From Octopus sinensis (lineage: Eukaryota): 64,000 bases of DNA. The notes beneath the pieces are model-generated. The model had not been told where the DNA came from, made no database searches, and saw only the letters and a list, made by a program, of their open reading frames with translations. The position numbers were made by a program, and so were the translations under genes. Location: positions 124,248,001-124,312,000 of the forward strand of contig NC_042997.1 of NCBI RefSeq assembly GCF_006345805.1, written 5' to 3'. Every line of letters begins with the position of its first letter. Within the stretch, counting starts at the first letter, position 1. This document shows, in pieces, positions 62,686 through 64,000 of this stretch.

Positions 62686-64000
62686 CGAGTATACATGCGT
62701 AAGCCAATTATTAACCAACGGCATGTAGAGCAGTTATTGTATCAGCTGAAACAACAACAGTAAGATCAACTACAAATAAGCTGGAACAGTGAAATAAGAT
62801 TTCTATCACTACAAATATAGAACAGGGACGTCATAAAAAAAGTAATAGCCAACAACATCTATATAAATAACTATAGGAATTTCCATATAAATACCTATGC
62901 CAATATACTCTCATTTATCGTTACAATATATATCATACGAAATAACGTAATAATTTTTATTGATACTGTCCACTACACCAACTATTTTCCCATCTATATA
63001 TTTTTGCGCTAAAGGTAATTGTTTTCTTGTTATATGTTAATTTTACCATCATTCTACTTACTTATTCTACTGTAGGACTTCAGGTTTATGAAATAAGATA
63101 TTTTATAACAATCCTAATATATATTATTTAACGTAGATGTCTAGTTAGAACATCGTAATACAACGGTATTCGTCTGAGAAAGAATATGCTATAGAGGTTT
63201 AGTACATAAAAGCACAGAAATATCAACAGCAGACTATATTTGTAGCATTATATTAACGTGAGTAGGTAGGTAGCTATGAGGTGAAGAGGGTTTTTTAAAT
63301 AAATATTAACTATTCTTCATGGTTTGACTTGCGAAACATGCTCTACAGTACTTCGATTTTTAATTAAGGCCGGCAGCTAACTACTGCGTGGAATATCTTA
63401 TTATAAAAGCGTCTTTTAAGAATTGTTTGAGTAGTCTCCACTGCAAAATTTGTGATTGCGATTCGAATTTGACAGTATGAAGCCTCGAAATTTGTATTTA
63501 TTTGGATAAACAAATGCTATTCAAAATTTATAGCTAGAGAGTATACACTTTACTATATGCTCTAAGGTCTTGAGCCAAAGAGATTTTTACTTTTCGTGGT
63601 GGTATTACATTTTCACTTTTATAAAGAAAACGTAGCCAGTATTTGACATATATTCAAAATATTTTTAGAATCTTATTGAATGAGTCAGTATTTTACCAAA
63701 GATGCTTTAGGGTTAAGTTAGAGTTTTCCCGTCTCATATGCAGTGCTCTGACCTCAATTCCACCACGTACCCAATTATATTCTCAGCATTCAAATATATT
63801 CAGATTCAATTATTATTTGATACTAATGATATGGGTACATGATTTCTTAATAGATTCTATTTCCTATTACTTATATTCATGTCGTACTTTGTGAAAATTG
63901 TTATACTTTTCGCTGTAAACAGTAAACAGATTGCAATGCCTGGGATACATAGTACGTTTATATAGATATAAACTTAATTAAAAAGTTTCAGCTATATGGT

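Overview
AT-rich, microsatellite-dense eukaryotic DNA. The SINE families look like those of octopod cephalopods (recognised by eye, not by database search). No host protein-coding gene, tRNA/rRNA gene or CRISPR array can be supported; almost all listed ORFs are translations of (AT)n/(GT)n/(ATT)n/(GAA)n tracts. The main structure is a ~20-kb nest (about 23.1-43.2 kb) of R4/Dong-clade non-LTR retrotransposons (RT, CCHC knuckle, restriction-like endonuclease) set in (TAA)n/(ATT)n arrays. It holds one full-length pseudogenised 4.16-kb copy (32176-36334, minus) and about 15 fragments with several different 3' UTRs, all but one on the minus strand. Interleaved is a discrete ~550-bp non-coding element ('family E', 7 copies or fragments) with fixed ends and the same polarity to the (AAT)n strand, a candidate non-autonomous partner of these LINEs. 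At least four tRNA-derived SINE types are present, with module swapping, a dimer and a deleted mini-copy. One type ends in (ATT)n and meets Dong 3' ends tail-to-tail three times. Also present: two small Tc1/mariner derivatives, a foldback, and probable hAT and L2/CR1 fossils.
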